Of a stretch of DNA of 64,000 bases, positions 25,622 through 38,907 are shown one piece after another; positions within the stretch are counted from its first letter, which is position 1, and every line of letters starts with the position of its first letter. The notes under the pieces were generated by a model. It was given only the letters and a program-made list of their open reading frames with translations, had not been told where the DNA came from and ran no database searches. The DNA is taken from positions 277,822,001 to 277,886,000 of the forward strand of contig OZ024741.1 of NCBI GenBank assembly GCA_964016885.1, written 5' to 3'. The position numbers and the translations under genes were made by a program. This stretch comes from Eledone cirrhosa (taxonomy: Eukaryota).

Positions 25622-26651
25622 ATAGAGGCAGAGAGAAGGGGAGAGGTAGATAGAAGGGTTTAACATTACCCCCACCTGGTTTAGCACTATCCTCACCTTC
25701 TCTCCTCCCAACTGTCTCTCAGGAGCCCTGGATAGGGTCAAAAGCATTCTTTTTCCCTCCTGAATAAACAAAAAAAAAAAAACATGAGTGATGCCCCCTA
25801 AGATAGATATATGTTGTTTTTGTCATCACTATATTCCTAATGATAGACACTGCCTGTGTTTTTTAAATAATTTTGAAAATAATCAAGATTTTGGAGGGAT
25901 TTAATAATATAACTTTCTCGTTATCAGGCTTGTGTTTGGAGCATAACGTAACAGGTTCTTAGATATATATATAACAGTTTAAAACAAATAGTGTTGGATC
26001 ATAGAATTGGGCTGTGTTAGGTGGCTTGTTGTGAAAAGTGTTAAGATCGAATGGAGAGAGAAATGACCAGCAAACACAACTATAACAAAATCAATCAGAA
26101 CTAGACTTAACAATCAACCGGACAAAATTTTGTGTTGTTAATAAATATTGATTGTTTTATTTTTATATACTTTTTCTTAGTATCTTATTTTTATTATTGT
26201 TATTACCATATCAGTATAGCATCAGACAAAATGCTTCACAGCACAAAGTTATGGCTCTTTACATTCTGAGTTCAAATCCCGCTGAGGTTAGCTTTGCCTT
26301 TCATCCTTCCAGAATTGATGAAATAATGTACCAATAATGCACTGGAGTTGATTTAATTGACTTACCCCTCCCCGAAAATTATTGGCCTTGTGCCTAAATC
26401 AGAAACCACTATTTTTACAATTATTTTAATTCAATAGTGTTTGTCTTATGAGATGTTGATATGTGACTGTTGGCAATTAACACTTAGCATTAACAAACGT
26501 GTATATGTTTCTTTGTGTGTTTGCATGCCTAAGTGCTGAAGATTAGGTCACAATTTTGATCCCTCTTACAGTCTGGTGATATGGTTAGTACTGGACCTTG
26601 AAACCTTAGGTAGTGCTTTTGTTCCATGTATGAGCATAAATAGATTATATA

Positions 26652-26797
26652 TATATTGATTTCTTTATTAGCCACAAAGGCGCAACAAGAAAGGGGACAA
26701 TACAAAGACATGCCGGGGATTTTACATACAGTCGTGTAAAAAATATAAAAACAAACAATTTCAACAATCGAAATCCCCAATAGGGGGGAGGCGCCAC
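26652..26797 (-). mobile_element. Short 3' end copy of the same Tx1-like LINE family
   Basis: The reverse complement resembles 34883-35040 (CCCCCTA.TGGGGAT ... TGTATTGTCCC ... TGTGGC.AATAAAGAAA). Confidence 0.75.
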
Positions 26798-28173
26798 AAA
26801 TATATATATTATCTATATACATGTATATGAATGTGTGTTTGTGTGTATGCATGCATATATATGTGTGTGTGTGTGCGTGTTCATGTGATTTACTCAGTAA
26901 AAGTTTGATTGTAAAAATGAAGGCAGTAAACTTGAGGATTCTAATTGTGACATTGATCATACAAGTGTAACACACTCTCTCATAATCCTCCTGGTATTTA
27001 CAAGGAACAACTGCAGCATGTTACACAATACAGCCACCACAAAACAGAGCTAGGAAAATACTAGCAGACAATACATCCATATTATAAAGAATTCCCCACA
27101 AAAATAATCAGTTAATGATGGAAGCAATACTCATATCACAATACAATGCTAAAATATACACAGAAACAACATACCATGTGTAATAAACCAAACAATTAAA
27201 CTTCAGGATCCAAATTCTGGCAATAAAAACAACATATATTCTGGCAATGGAATTTTCATAAATTACAAAGAGGTAGTAAAAGAAAAAAAAAGTTACCAAC
27301 ACTTTACATCCTGATGATGAGACTGTCAAAATCTAAAAACATTGATTTAGGAACCTTGTTGTTCCAAACAAGTTGCAAGGTAGTATCAGAAATTTGTTCG
27401 ACCAGGTTTTAAAAAATGTGCACCAGTATTCAGTTTCCAATAAATGATGAATTTTTAGATATTATTTATATTGAAGCCATATTCCTTTCAAAATAGTCTT
27501 CATTGGAACATACGCAGCATGTCTTCCACACCTCTGATGCACCACAGAAGATATTCTTTAAAAGTACAAAACAGCTCTATGATTGTATCCCATTAAAAAA
27601 TGGGTCTTTGCTACAAGGGTCTAGTCATCTTCATTATTATCACTGTTTAACGTCCATTTTTCCATTCTAGCATGGGTTAGATGAGTTGTCCTTTTGTGAG
27701 ACAAGTCAGATCTATCAAGTGACCATGTCTTGTTCATACAAAACTGTTTCTGGTTTGGTTTCTGTAGATGGATACCCTTCTTAACACCAACCCCATTTAC
27801 AGCATTGATTAGGCGCTTTTTATCATGGCACCAAAACGACCAACTGACAGGTTGGACTAGGTGATTTTTGTTGTGTCACCAACACACATGGCCACTTTAC
27901 AGAGTGGACTTGGTGCTTTTTCATCATGTCACCAACACGACCACCTTACAGAGTGGGCCAGGTGCTTTTTGGTGTGTCACCAACACCTTATAGTAGTAGA
28001 TTAGTCAAGCTTCATGCAAAATTTGATATAGAGCATGTTGCTCAAAATGTTCAGACATTGTAAAGATCACAATTTTTCTAATATGATACAAAGACTATCT
28101 GTAGCAACTGTCTTTTGAAATATTTTTCTTTCTTTCCTTTTTTTTCTTTGTTTGTTTAATTTATCATCTTAAA

Positions 28174-28182
28174 TTCCTTAAG
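28174..28182 (+). promoter_or_regulatory. U12-like branch point B (TTCCTTAAG)
   Basis: 8/9 match to the consensus, with the AG ending at 28192. Confidence 0.75.
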
Positions 28183-28192
28183 AAGCTTCTAG

Positions 28193-28325
28193 AATGCTCA
28201 ATTGGCTTGTGACATTACACAACCACACATTTGGCTATGTGGATGAGGAAGGTGAAAGACAACCTACAGGTGCCTGTGTAGCACAGATGAAGCTGAAGAA
28301 AGCAGAAAAGGAATCTCTGAATAAT
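28193..28325 (+). CDS. PUS1: PUS1 alternative exon B: MLNWLVTLHNHTFGYVDEEGERQPTGACVAQMKLKKAEKESLNN
   Basis: Phase-2 compatible. SM..WL.TL..H.F resembles the vertebrate PUS1 C-terminal helix as I recall it. Donor gtaagt at 28326. Confidence 0.85.
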
Positions 28326-28814
28326 GTAAGTTAATAATTGAAAATTTACAATCTTCAACGTATTTTTTATACTATGAAAAATAGTCCAACAAATTGAAAA
28401 AAAAGTTGACAGCATCGCAGATGTGAGTTCACATCCCACGGGTAACACTGTCAACTTTTTTCCATTCAGAGGCTTTTATGGCTAATTTGTTAAACTGCTT
28501 TTCATAGTCTAAAAAATATTTTAACCCTTTAGCATTTAAACTGGCCATGTCCGGCCAGAATTCTCTTACCTCTTTATGTTCAAACTGGCCATAACTGGCC
28601 CCACTTACCAACTTTAAGGTATTATTCTCAAAATAAATATCAAAATCTCATAGATTCCATATTATGTGAGATAAAGCCTTTACTATGAAAATACAATAGT
28701 AAATATAGAGTAGTGTAAATGCTAAAGAGTTAAAACTTCTAAATGTTCAATATATACATATCTGCTCAATGTTTCTAAAAGGTTCTTCAACTAGGCAGTA
28801 AATTAGCAGTGTTG

Positions 28815-29640
28815 TTAGAGAATAGGACAAACTGCCGGGAAATGGCCATGCTCAGTGTGTAGGAAAGGCGTAGGTAGAAACTCCATTTTATGTCCCAAAT
28901 GGAAAGTATGGGTGCATAAAAGATGTAGTGGGATCACAGGTAAGCTAACTAAGAACACAGATTTTACATGTGGCCGGTGCTCTGGTGCAATAAGTAGCAG
29001 CAAGTGCCCACAAAATACTAGCTCTTTCAACTGCGCAGAGGGTTCTATAGAAATAGTGGATAGCTTCCGTTACCTGGGTGACAAAATCAGCAGTGGGGGA
29101 GGGTGCTCCGAAAGTACAGTAGCTAGAGTCAGAACTGGATGGAAAAAGTTCAGAGAGCTTATACCACTATTAGCCGCTAAAGGGTTCTCCCTAAAAGTGA
29201 AAGGCAGGTTGTATGATGCCTGCATACGAACAGCAATGTTGCATGGCAGTGAGACCTGGGCATTGTGTGCAGAGGATATATGCAGACTAGAGAGGAATGA
29301 AGCTTGCATGCTCCGCTGGATGTGTAATAGTAATATACGTGAACGGCAAAGCATAAACGAACTAAGGAAAAAATTAGAAATAAGAGGGATCAGATGTTGT
29401 TTACTCGAGAGAAGGCTACGTTGGTATGGTCACGTGATGCGCATGAAAGACGACAGCTGTATAACAAAGTGCAGGGCAATAAAGATAGATGGTAGCCACG
29501 GAGTAGGCAGACCCAGAAAAACCTGGGACGAGCTGATAAATTCCGACCTCACACACACCTCTCCAAGACAATGTCACTGGACCGAGAGCTTTGGCGGTAC
29601 TCAGTAATAGAGAAGACCCGCGTTACCTAAATACAAAGTA
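28815..29640 (+). mobile_element. RTE-clade LINE fragment with Cys-rich insert, same family as 24520-24880
   Basis: 250-aa ORF with FRYLG, LHGSETW, RLRWYGHV and GRPRKTW motifs. Confidence 0.92.
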
Positions 29641-30899
29641 AAACCTACTACAGTCAGTAGGCATCTCTAACAAAATACACTCCCGTCCCACCACCCCCAC
29701 CCCATCCACACCGCTTCTTTCAATGTAAAGTTATGTTGGTGCCACAAAATCCAGGCCGAAACAAATGAGATCGTGTAGGTGTCACGACAAAAAAACACAC
29801 AGTCCACGCTGTAATGTGACCGTGTAGGCAACACGGTAAAAACGTCCCAGTCCCACACTGTAAATGTGGTTGGTGTTAGGAAGGGCATCCAGCTGTAGAA
29901 AACCTGCCAGACAGTCCACGCTGTAATGTGGCCGTGTAGGCAACACAGTAAAAACCTCCCAGCCCCAAACTGTAAATGTGGTTGGTGTTAGGAAGGGCAT
30001 CCAACTGTAGAAAACTCGCCAGACAGTCCTATGCGAGCAAGACAACCACTCTTGCCTCAAGTGGGAAAACTCCCGTCCAAACCCATGCAAGCATGGAACA
30101 CGGACGTTAAACGATGATGATGATGATGCCTTATTGTATTTGATCCCACTGTCTTTGATCTGAGTTTAAATCCTACAGAAGTCAACTTTGCCTCAGGGTT
30201 GAAAAAATAAAGTCCAAGGCAATATATTGAGGGAATTGTGTGATATGTTTTGTTGTATCTGTTGCAGTTATTTGCATTCTGAAGTCAAGTCCTTCTGTGG
30301 TTCATTTGGATGATAGACTTAATCTGTTGCTCAGTTTAATACTACCTCTTGGTCCTTAGTTACCCATAGCAGAATCTACTCTGCTATAAGGTAAGTATTC
30401 AGGCCAGGTGTCTAGTTTAAGGATATCTCCTTTCCTTCCTCCCACTAGTCTTGGAGGCCCTGAAAAGGGTCATAAGCACTGCCCTTCGCTCTATGACTAA
30501 ACAGTACAAACAAATCATCTTTATGATTGTCATCACTGGCCTCTATCACCTTCAAATTTGCAGCTCACATTTATCTGGTCTCCTACGAGGTTGTATCTCA
30601 TAGAATGTTTCTTGGTTGTTTTAATGATAGGGCGCCCCAGTCCTGTCACGAAAAGTAATATGAAATGAAGTGCCTTGCTTAAAAACCTGATAGTGCTGTC
30701 TGGTCCTGGAATCAAATCCTCAATCTCATGATCCCGAGTCCAACATCCTATCCATTGGGTCACTCACCTTCACTCTACCTTCACGTTTGTAAAAAGTTTG
30801 AGATGAAAGGGATGATGATATATGCTCATCATCACCCCCCCCCCCCCCCATAGAATGTCATCTTAATTACATTTTAAATATGTTGGTAATGTTCTTCAG

Positions 30900-31106
30900 G
30901 CACCAGCAGAAGCTAACGAAAATACTGTGACCAACACAACCAGCAGTGATGTAACAGATACTACTACTACTACTACAGACCATACTGCCACCTCTACTAC
31001 TACTACTACTGCAATCGCCACTGATACCATGGAAACTACTACAGCCACCACCACCACCACTGAAGATGATAAAGTTGTGGAAAAAGTTGCTACATCGGTC
31101 CAATAA
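30900..31106 (+). CDS. PUS1: PUS1 terminal exon for isoform B: Thr-rich acidic tail APAEANENTVTN...EDDKVVEKVATSVQ*
   Basis: ttcttcag| acceptor, phase 0, 69 open codons including the stop. AATAAA at about 31128. Confidence 0.7.
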   Translation, partial: APAEANENTVTNTTSSDVTDTTTTTTDHTATSTTTTTAIATDTMETTTATTTTTEDDKVVEKVATSVQ

Positions 31107-31675
31107 GGAAGCTTCCATAACAATAATAATAAATGTGTCTAACATGGGCACAAGGCCAGCAATTTTTGGAGAAGTGGGGGAAAAAATCAATCATATCAAC
31201 CTTAATACTTGATTGGTATTTTATTTCATAAACGTCAGAAGGATAAAAAAAGGTCAATAAAGTAAAGTATCAATCAAGTACTGTAATCGATTTAATTGAC
31301 CTTTCCTCCTCCTAAAACTGTTGACCGTGTACCTCAGTTAGAACCACAATTTTTAAAAAATTATCATAATAATAAAAAATAATAATAATGGTGATGATGG
31401 TGGTTTGTAAAAAGAATTACACCAAAATATCAAAACAAAAATAACAAAATTTTAAAAAATTAAAAAATTGTTTTTAAAAATTATTTTCTTTGTTAATTTT
31501 GAGAACTTTTGTGGTAAACGATGGGGCTGGTTATAGTTTGTAGTTCTATAAGAGGTTTAGTGAGATAAAAGGTGTATGACCTGTGGGGCTAGCCCCCACA
31601 TTGGTGTGGTTGATGTGTCTCAGTTTAAACAGTTATTGATCTTCAAACATCTTTCTAATTAAATACACTGCCCAT

Positions 31676-34600
31676 GATGTGGGTCCCCCTTGCCAAAAAC
31701 CCCTTAACCGTATCCTGCTAAAAGGATTCCTTCCCTCCCCAAACACCCGCAATCTGGACATGAAGATCGAACAACCCGACTTCCAGGAAACTAAAAGGTA
31801 AGTGTTCCTGCCTTTTCTCTCTCTAACTCTTCTTCACCAACATGGCGACTATACAAGCTAGATGTTTGAATGTACGTGGCCTGGGCATGCCCTGGAAACG
31901 GCCAGTTTTTAAATGACCTCAGATCACATTGTATAGATGTGATAGCCATCACCGAGTCCAGGATTCACTACAAGCAGCAGCTAACTCCCATGTTCGATGA
32001 TTTTGAGATCTACGTATCTCTGTCAACCAGGAGGTGGAGGGGGAGTTGCTGTTCTGTTTCGAAATAACCTGGATCTCAAAGTACAGACGATTCACTTGGA
32101 TCCGGAGGGCAGCCTGGTGGTCCTGGACGTGAATGGTAGTGAAGGTGAAGCTTTCAGACTGGTGGCCATATATGCCCCAACTCGGACATCGCAACCAGAA
32201 TTCTTCAAGCGTCTGGAGCCATTCCTGGGAACGTCTCGCTCTTTAGTGTTAGCGGGGGACTGGAATGGCATCTTAGACGCATGTTGGGATTATGTAGGAG
32301 CTTGTGATAATAGAGGGGGGTGTAATAGCCTCAAAAATCTCATCAGCCAATTCCAACTGGCTGATAGATATCGACTAGACTTCCCAAGTGCACCACTGTC
32401 GACCTGGAGCAACCACACTGGGTCTTCTAGATCGTATTTAGATAAATTTTTAATTAGACAGAATGATAAGGAAACATTAAGCTGTCCACAAATGCACATG
32501 GTTGCCTATTTGGACCACAAATTAGTCACCTGTATAGTCAACCTTGATAGAACACATAGACAGGGACCCGGATACTGGAAGCTAAACATGTCGCTCCCGG
32601 CACGTAAGGCCTACAGTAAACGGATTAACACCTTAGTTAAGAGCCATTGTCAACAACGGGTGGTGGAGCAATTAGAATAGAATCGATAGCATTTAACAAG
32701 GAAGTAGCTTTAGAAAAAAACAAAACTGAAAAGGAACTGGTAGCTAAAGTAGAAGCACTTAGGAATGGCAGTATAACTGACATGCTAGCAGTGAGAACGG
32801 CACTAGACCAGTTCTTCAACATGAAACACGGAGGTATTGTCAGAAGTAGAACACGTGCTCTAAGAAACGAGGGAGCCAAAGCTGTTAGCTGGGGGCAGAG
32901 GCAAAAAGTGGCAACAAATCCACAATTCGGTCTTTGCAAGACAAAGATGGACGCATTCTACTTGAATCCAAGCAGATGTGCACGGCCTTCCAGCAGCACT
33001 GCGCAACTGTTCGGGCAAAGCGGTACGTCGAGCGAGGTGATGGACTTCAGTTCCTACTGTGACTCTCGAGCACGGATGCAGAGAGCTGCGAAAGGCCGAT
33101 CACAGGTGAAATACAAGATGCCCTAGGTCGCTGCGGGAAATGCAAATCACCCGGTTTAGATGGTCTACCCTATGAGTTTTACATAGGCATGCCAGTAGGC
33201 ATCCTCCGTAGGCAGAGGCGTAGTAACGCTGATGAGGAAAGATGAGATAAGTAATTTCAGGCCCATAACTCTGCTCAACGCAGTTAAAGATTTTGGCCAA
33301 GGTGTTAGCAACGAGGCTAGCGCTTGTCGTCGAGAACCTGGTAGGGGAAGCACAAACGTGTCCATACACGACAACCTCCACTTCATATGATACATCATAG
33401 AGAGGGTAGGGTGTAAACCTGGCTTCGGTGGGGATCTGATCAATTTAGATCAGTCTAAGGCATTTGATAGGGTCGACCATCAATACTTGGAAGCGGTTCC
33501 CAAGGTGGCCGGCTTCGTTCCCATCTTCAGAGGCTGGGTCGCTGCCATGCACACCAGCATCTGCTCGGCAGTCAAGGTGAATGGCTACCTATCGGAGCCA
33601 TTCCAAATCATGCGTTCCATCCGACAGGGATGGCCTCTCTCCTCCATTCTGTATGTACTGACTCTCGAGCCATTACTGCGGAAGTTGGAGCTATTGCAGA
33701 GCATCTCGATCGAACCAGGACTGCGAAAAGCAGCTTTGGCTTATGCCGACGATGTAACCGTAATGGTATCGAAAACCTCGGACATCGGGGTAATTGGCAA
33801 CCTATTACAGGAATACAAAACGTTGACAGGAGCAAGACTAAAGTCTGTCAGTTTGCAACTCAGCACATAGAGAGGCAAACCCATGCTTTCTGACAGTGTC
33901 GTTGGACGCTGGACAGAAGGACCGGTGAAATTGCTCAGGGTCTGGCTTGGTCCAGACCTCCAGGTGGACAAGAACTGGAACGAGGTCACGGCGAAGGTGT
34001 TTGCACTCACCCAGAAGTGGGCTGAATGCAAACTCTCCTTGAAAGGTCGAGCAGAGGTGGCGAACACTTACATAGCATCCTTCATCTACTACCGCTTAAC
34101 AGTCGTGCCTTGTCCCCGAGAATACCTCACCAAAATGGAACGCCTACTCTTCAAGTTCCTATGGAAGAAACAGGCTCCATTGGTGAGGAGATCCATCTGC
34201 TGCCAACACCCTTCTAACGGAGGGCTGGTCATGCCGTGGCTGATGATGCTCAAACACGCACTGAGGCTACACCATCTCCAGGTATTCCTGACTGGCGAAC
34301 CGGTGTGGCTGTCGTTTGTGAGATGAGCTCTTCCACAACTCCTCTCACTAACACAGCTGCAGTCTTGGGTCAAGCGAAGACCGAAAATGGGCACCTGGCA
34401 CCTCGAGTGCCTTCAGGCGCTCACAGCCCTCTCCCAAGCGGAAACGGTAATCAGCGGAGACTCCACTTTGACATTCTATAGGGGATTAGTGGAGGATAAG
34501 TGCGACAACGTTCTCGGGGAAACTCTAGGCATCGAGGAAGACGAACTGACCAGCCTGTTCGGGAGGACTTTCCGTCCAGGGCCTATGGATAACTTCCAGA

Positions 34601-35045
34601 GGTCTCTGGCCTGGCAGTGCTACTGAGGAGCTCTACCAGTTCGAGGCAAAATCTACAAGCACGGACGCCCTGGCAGAGATCCTGCCAAAAGGACCTGTCC
34701 AAGATGCAAGCAGGACATCGAAAGGTGGGTGAATGTGGCGAAAATGCCCCGGGTGAATGGGCCTTCTCTGTATATAAACCTGTAGGTTGAGGAAGATAAA
34801 CAGAGGGAAGACAGGAACACCTACAAAACATGTTCCTGATGTTGAGGGTTCTTCTATCCATGGGGTGTAAAACAACCCAGTAGCGTTACCCCCGCCCCCC
34901 TAATGGGGATATTAATTGTTATATTTTTATATAGTTTATTGTTATTTATCATTGTTAAAGATTTTATATAAAACCCCCGCCGTCACGTCTTGTATTGTCC
35001 CATTTTTGTACACCCCTGTGGCAAATAAAGAAAGATATATATATA
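31676..35045 (+). mobile_element. Degraded Tx1/L1-clade LINE (APE endonuclease + reverse transcriptase)
   Basis: ORF2 starts MATIQARCLNVRGL at 31842, with GDWN, SYLD, DH, YWKLN, KAFDRV, RQG.PLS and AYADD motifs split by frameshifts and stops. Ends in AATAAA plus (TA)n. The 5' boundary is approximate. Confidence 0.92.
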
Positions 35046-36499
35046 CAAAGTGTTAAAACGATCAAATTTTAGTTTAGAACATTTATTAGCTGACAAGAGG
35101 GAAGTCTGGAATCCTCGGAGCATAAGGAATGTTGAAAACGTGTAACTAGAATCCTAGTCATTTAGAACATTTAGGGTACATAGTTGTTATTAGTGTCGAA
35201 GGCATCATGTGGAGATTCAGGAGTTAAAAAGATGTTCCGCTTGAAATAACACAATTACAGGCAGCACTGACTGTAAAACACTTGAAAATTTGCATTGAGC
35301 CTTTTGTCATACCGGTAACCGGCTAGTACTTAGTACTACCCTACATATTTATAGTTATATCAAACATATATAAATATAAATATTACTATATATATATATA
35401 TATATATATAGTGAAAGATTGAAGAATAACATGTTCGTCTGTAAAACAAGGGGTTTTATTTCAAGTATTGAAACAATTGTTTCATTGATCAGGTGAGTCT
35501 AAAGGCCGCTAATCACTCGAAGTTGCGACACTCAACCTTAAATACAGTGTTTACCTCTGATCAAATCATCGGAATATATATATATATAAATGAAGTATTT
35601 CCGTAGGAAAGGTGAAGGAAAAGAGAGTGCTCTATGTATCCGACAGATAACTTCCCCCCCCCCCCCGCCAGTTGATGGATGCGAAATCCGAAATAAAGGG
35701 ACAATTAAATCTCTTCCAATGTAACTCTATCTCGTGTTATTATATTTATTTTTTACGCTCTTTCCTACGTTCCTCTACACACTATACATCTCATTCTACA
35801 TTTCCTCTTACATCTCTCTCTTCACCACCGGATTCTGTTACCCGGAGGTTTACCCATCTGCATTGTTGAGGCTTCCAAAACGACCAAAAAAAATATATTA
35901 TTCCACAATGCTTCAAGCAAACTTCAATACTTTCTTATATATATATATATAAACATAATTTAACAAAAATAAAGCGAAACTCATTTTACCCACAAGTTTT
36001 CAGTTTTGCGATGGTTCACAATTATTGTTTATATTTAAAAAAGTTGCTGTGGTAATAAGCTTTCACAATTATCGTGGGTGTTCTACAGTTATAACCTCAG
36101 AGTTAATTATTACGCTCAGAGTTCAAATCCCATCGAGGTTATCTTTGCCTTTCATCCTTACGGGCTCGATAAAATAAAGTACAAGTAACGAAATGTAGTC
36201 GATTTAATCGACTTTCCCCTCCATCCCAAAATTGTTCGTCTTGCGCCTACATCAGAAACCACTATTATCGTGGGGTTTGATGGCAATGGATTGGCAGAAT
36301 TGTAAGAGTGTCGGAAAATAACGTGTCTGGTAGAATCCAGCGATTAATAATAGGGTCAGTGTTTCTCGAGAACGATCAGCGACATCAATAAAAAGTTATA
36401 TTTTATTGTATTATTTGAAGTATTTTCATTTCTTATACAAATGTCAGGTTTTGGAGCATAAGTTCAATCGACTAATTTAGAGTGTGGAGAACCTCTCCT

Positions 36500-36673
36500 A
36501 AACGATAGTATGACCGACAAACTTGCGTAAAGCGGACATATTTTAACTGGGCATTATTTTCGTCAACACCGTTATCAATCTAAACTTCCGGTTTTCCCTA
36601 GAAATATCCACGTGCAATTTACATATGGTTATTCTCCTGTAATTTATTTTTTTATTTTTACCAAATTTAGCAG
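36500..36673 (+). promoter_or_regulatory. Putative NOP14 promoter and non-coding first exon
   Basis: Locally CpG-enriched non-repeat DNA with ACTTCCGG (ETS-type, 36584), CACGTG (E-box, 36609) and a strong donor CAG|gtaaga at 36674. Confidence 0.55.
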
Positions 36674-38659
36674 GTAAGAACTTTAAACCATTATTTACAA
36701 AATATTCTCCTTTCCTCCTCGTCTTTACCTTTCATTAAAACAGAAACTTAGAATATAACTTCTCCTCTTCGGCAAGATATTCCACTCACTAACAAACCCC
36801 ATTGGATTGTCTTTCTCTTTTTACGATTTATTCCTTAGATTTTCGATTTTATTGACTATTGTGTTGTTGGTATGTAATTCTTCGGGATGGCAGTATCCTT
36901 TAATTATTTATAATTATGTAATTTACAGTGTTGTTTCGTAACCTACTAGTCACGAATCCTTAATAGTAACTGGGATGTTAAGGGAGTTGTTGACCCTACA
37001 ATGTGGGACTGTGTGAGACCCACATGTACACAAATACAGTCGAAAAATTTAACGTTACCGCTTTCTTTCACCTGAGAACTCCGTAACACTTGTTTTGGAG
37101 ACAGGTGTAATAAATAAAGATTTAACCCAGTCAAAATACTAGGATCGATAAACTCGATTATCACGTAAATGGTTGTGCTCCAGCCTGGCCTTGATACAGC
37201 ACAATGACTGAAGCCAATAAATGAATAACAGAATTTTTTATTTTAGATGTCTCATATTTTATTAAATTCAGCCCATGAGCATGAATTTCTGGTTTGAATA
37301 TATAATGAAGAAATTGTTATTTTAGTGGTGCCGAATACTTCTGGTCTTGACAAACAAGTTGAATGAATACCTCATGATATACTCATCGATATTCATTCTA
37401 TTCTACAATACATGGTCTGAAATTGCAGATTATTCTTTCATTACCGCATTTCAAATATAATACACTGCCTATGTGTTTCAGTTAATTTTGAAAATAACAA
37501 AAATTTAAGGAATTTAAAAAGTTTTTCACCAGAAAGCTGATATTTAGAACATGACTTTAAAATTTCTAAAATAAAATTGATGGAAGGTTTTAACCTTTCC
37601 CCATATTGCAGTTTTGGTGGTCTTATTCTCGCCAATTTGGTACTTTTCTCAGACTCGCGAAGACCAGGCTTCTTTTAGAGGCGGCCTTTACTCGCCTCAT
37701 CATAGCTACATTACTGAGTTGTGAGAGTTTTCTTTGGAGCTAAAGGTGTCACCCATTACTCCATTTCCCCTAGTAGTTTATTACTGTCGCTATCCTTCAC
37801 CTGCAACCCATTCTGTAACAGAACAGCTCTGACAACAGGAAGAAGTGTTTGAGGACTCTACCCCCACAACTCTCTCAGGATTGTGCTGTTGAATCAGGTG
37901 GTTTAGGTATAGAAATCTAATGGAAAAATGTAATTTTTTATAATAGACGTATAATAAATATACTGATCGGTAAACACTGCCAAGCTTTTTGCTGTCTGCC
38001 ATCAAAAGTTTTTAAATGAACCCCAGTCCAGTCTGTAAAACGTTAGTGCTGGTGCCATAATAAAATGCACCCAGTACACTCTGTAAGGTGGTTGGCATTA
38101 GGGAAGGCATCCAGCCATAGAAACCATGCCAAATATGAAATGTATGAGCACGATGAGATCACTCTGATCTGTTGGGTTTCGAACTGTGATAACCTGTTCA
38201 ACCCATGCTAGTGTAGAAGGTAGATGTAAAAACGATGATAATGAATGTTCTTACACAAATGCTGAGAAAGGTCCAGAACATATCCTGGAGAACACATGTA
38301 GCAAATATATCGCTCTATGGCTCATACCCATGCCTTTCTAACATAAGGCATAGGAGACTCATAGCTGGATATATAAGCATCACAATGAACCTGCTGACAG
38401 AGTTCTTTTCTGGAAACCTGATGTGTAAGACCAACCACAACGCTGAAGGATGTTCTTGAAGATGACACTGGGCTGGAAGCAGAGGAAATTCAAATGGCAA
38501 TGATGGACAGGATGAGCTGGAGGAGGAACTTCGCCATGGCACTAGTAACAGATGCAGAGAAAATAGTAGTTTTCACATCACACACACACCACTTGACACT
38601 CTTATCTGCTTACTGTGAATACATTGTAGTTATGACAACAGATACTCATGAAAATACCT

Positions 38660-38852
38660 TTAACCCTTTAGCATTTAAACTGGTCATATCCGGCCAGAAT
38701 TCTCTCACCTCTTTCTGTTCATACTGATGTTAAGATATCGTTCTCAAAATAAATAACATCAAAAGCTCACAGATTCGATATTATGTGAGGTAAAGCCTTT
38801 ACCATGAAAATATAATAGTAAATATAGACTAATGTAAATGCTAAAGGGTTAA
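38660..38852. mobile_element. TTAA-flanked MITE, piggyBac-like termini (related copies at about 20283, 28521, 46674, 49431, 49905 and 54405)
   Basis: TTAA|CCCTTTAGCATTT ... AAATGCTAAAGGG|TTAA. Confidence 0.85.
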
Positions 38853-38907
38853 GAAAAGGAATTAAGACCTAACTAAATACGTGGATAACATTATTATGAC
38901 CCTTACT

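Noticed and set aside
25477-28325. Exons A and B as consecutive exons or a separate gene
   Set aside because: Exon A ends in a stop with no evident donor, and both exons begin in phase 2 behind U12-like branch points, so they fit as alternatives.
31870-34875. Cluster of long ORFs as a host gene or operon
   Set aside because: They are frameshifted pieces and antisense shadows of one LINE ORF2.
35465-35580. Hammerhead-like motif with long stem II on the minus strand
   Set aside because: The core reads CCGATGA and stem I does not register with the cleavage site, so it is too degenerate to call.
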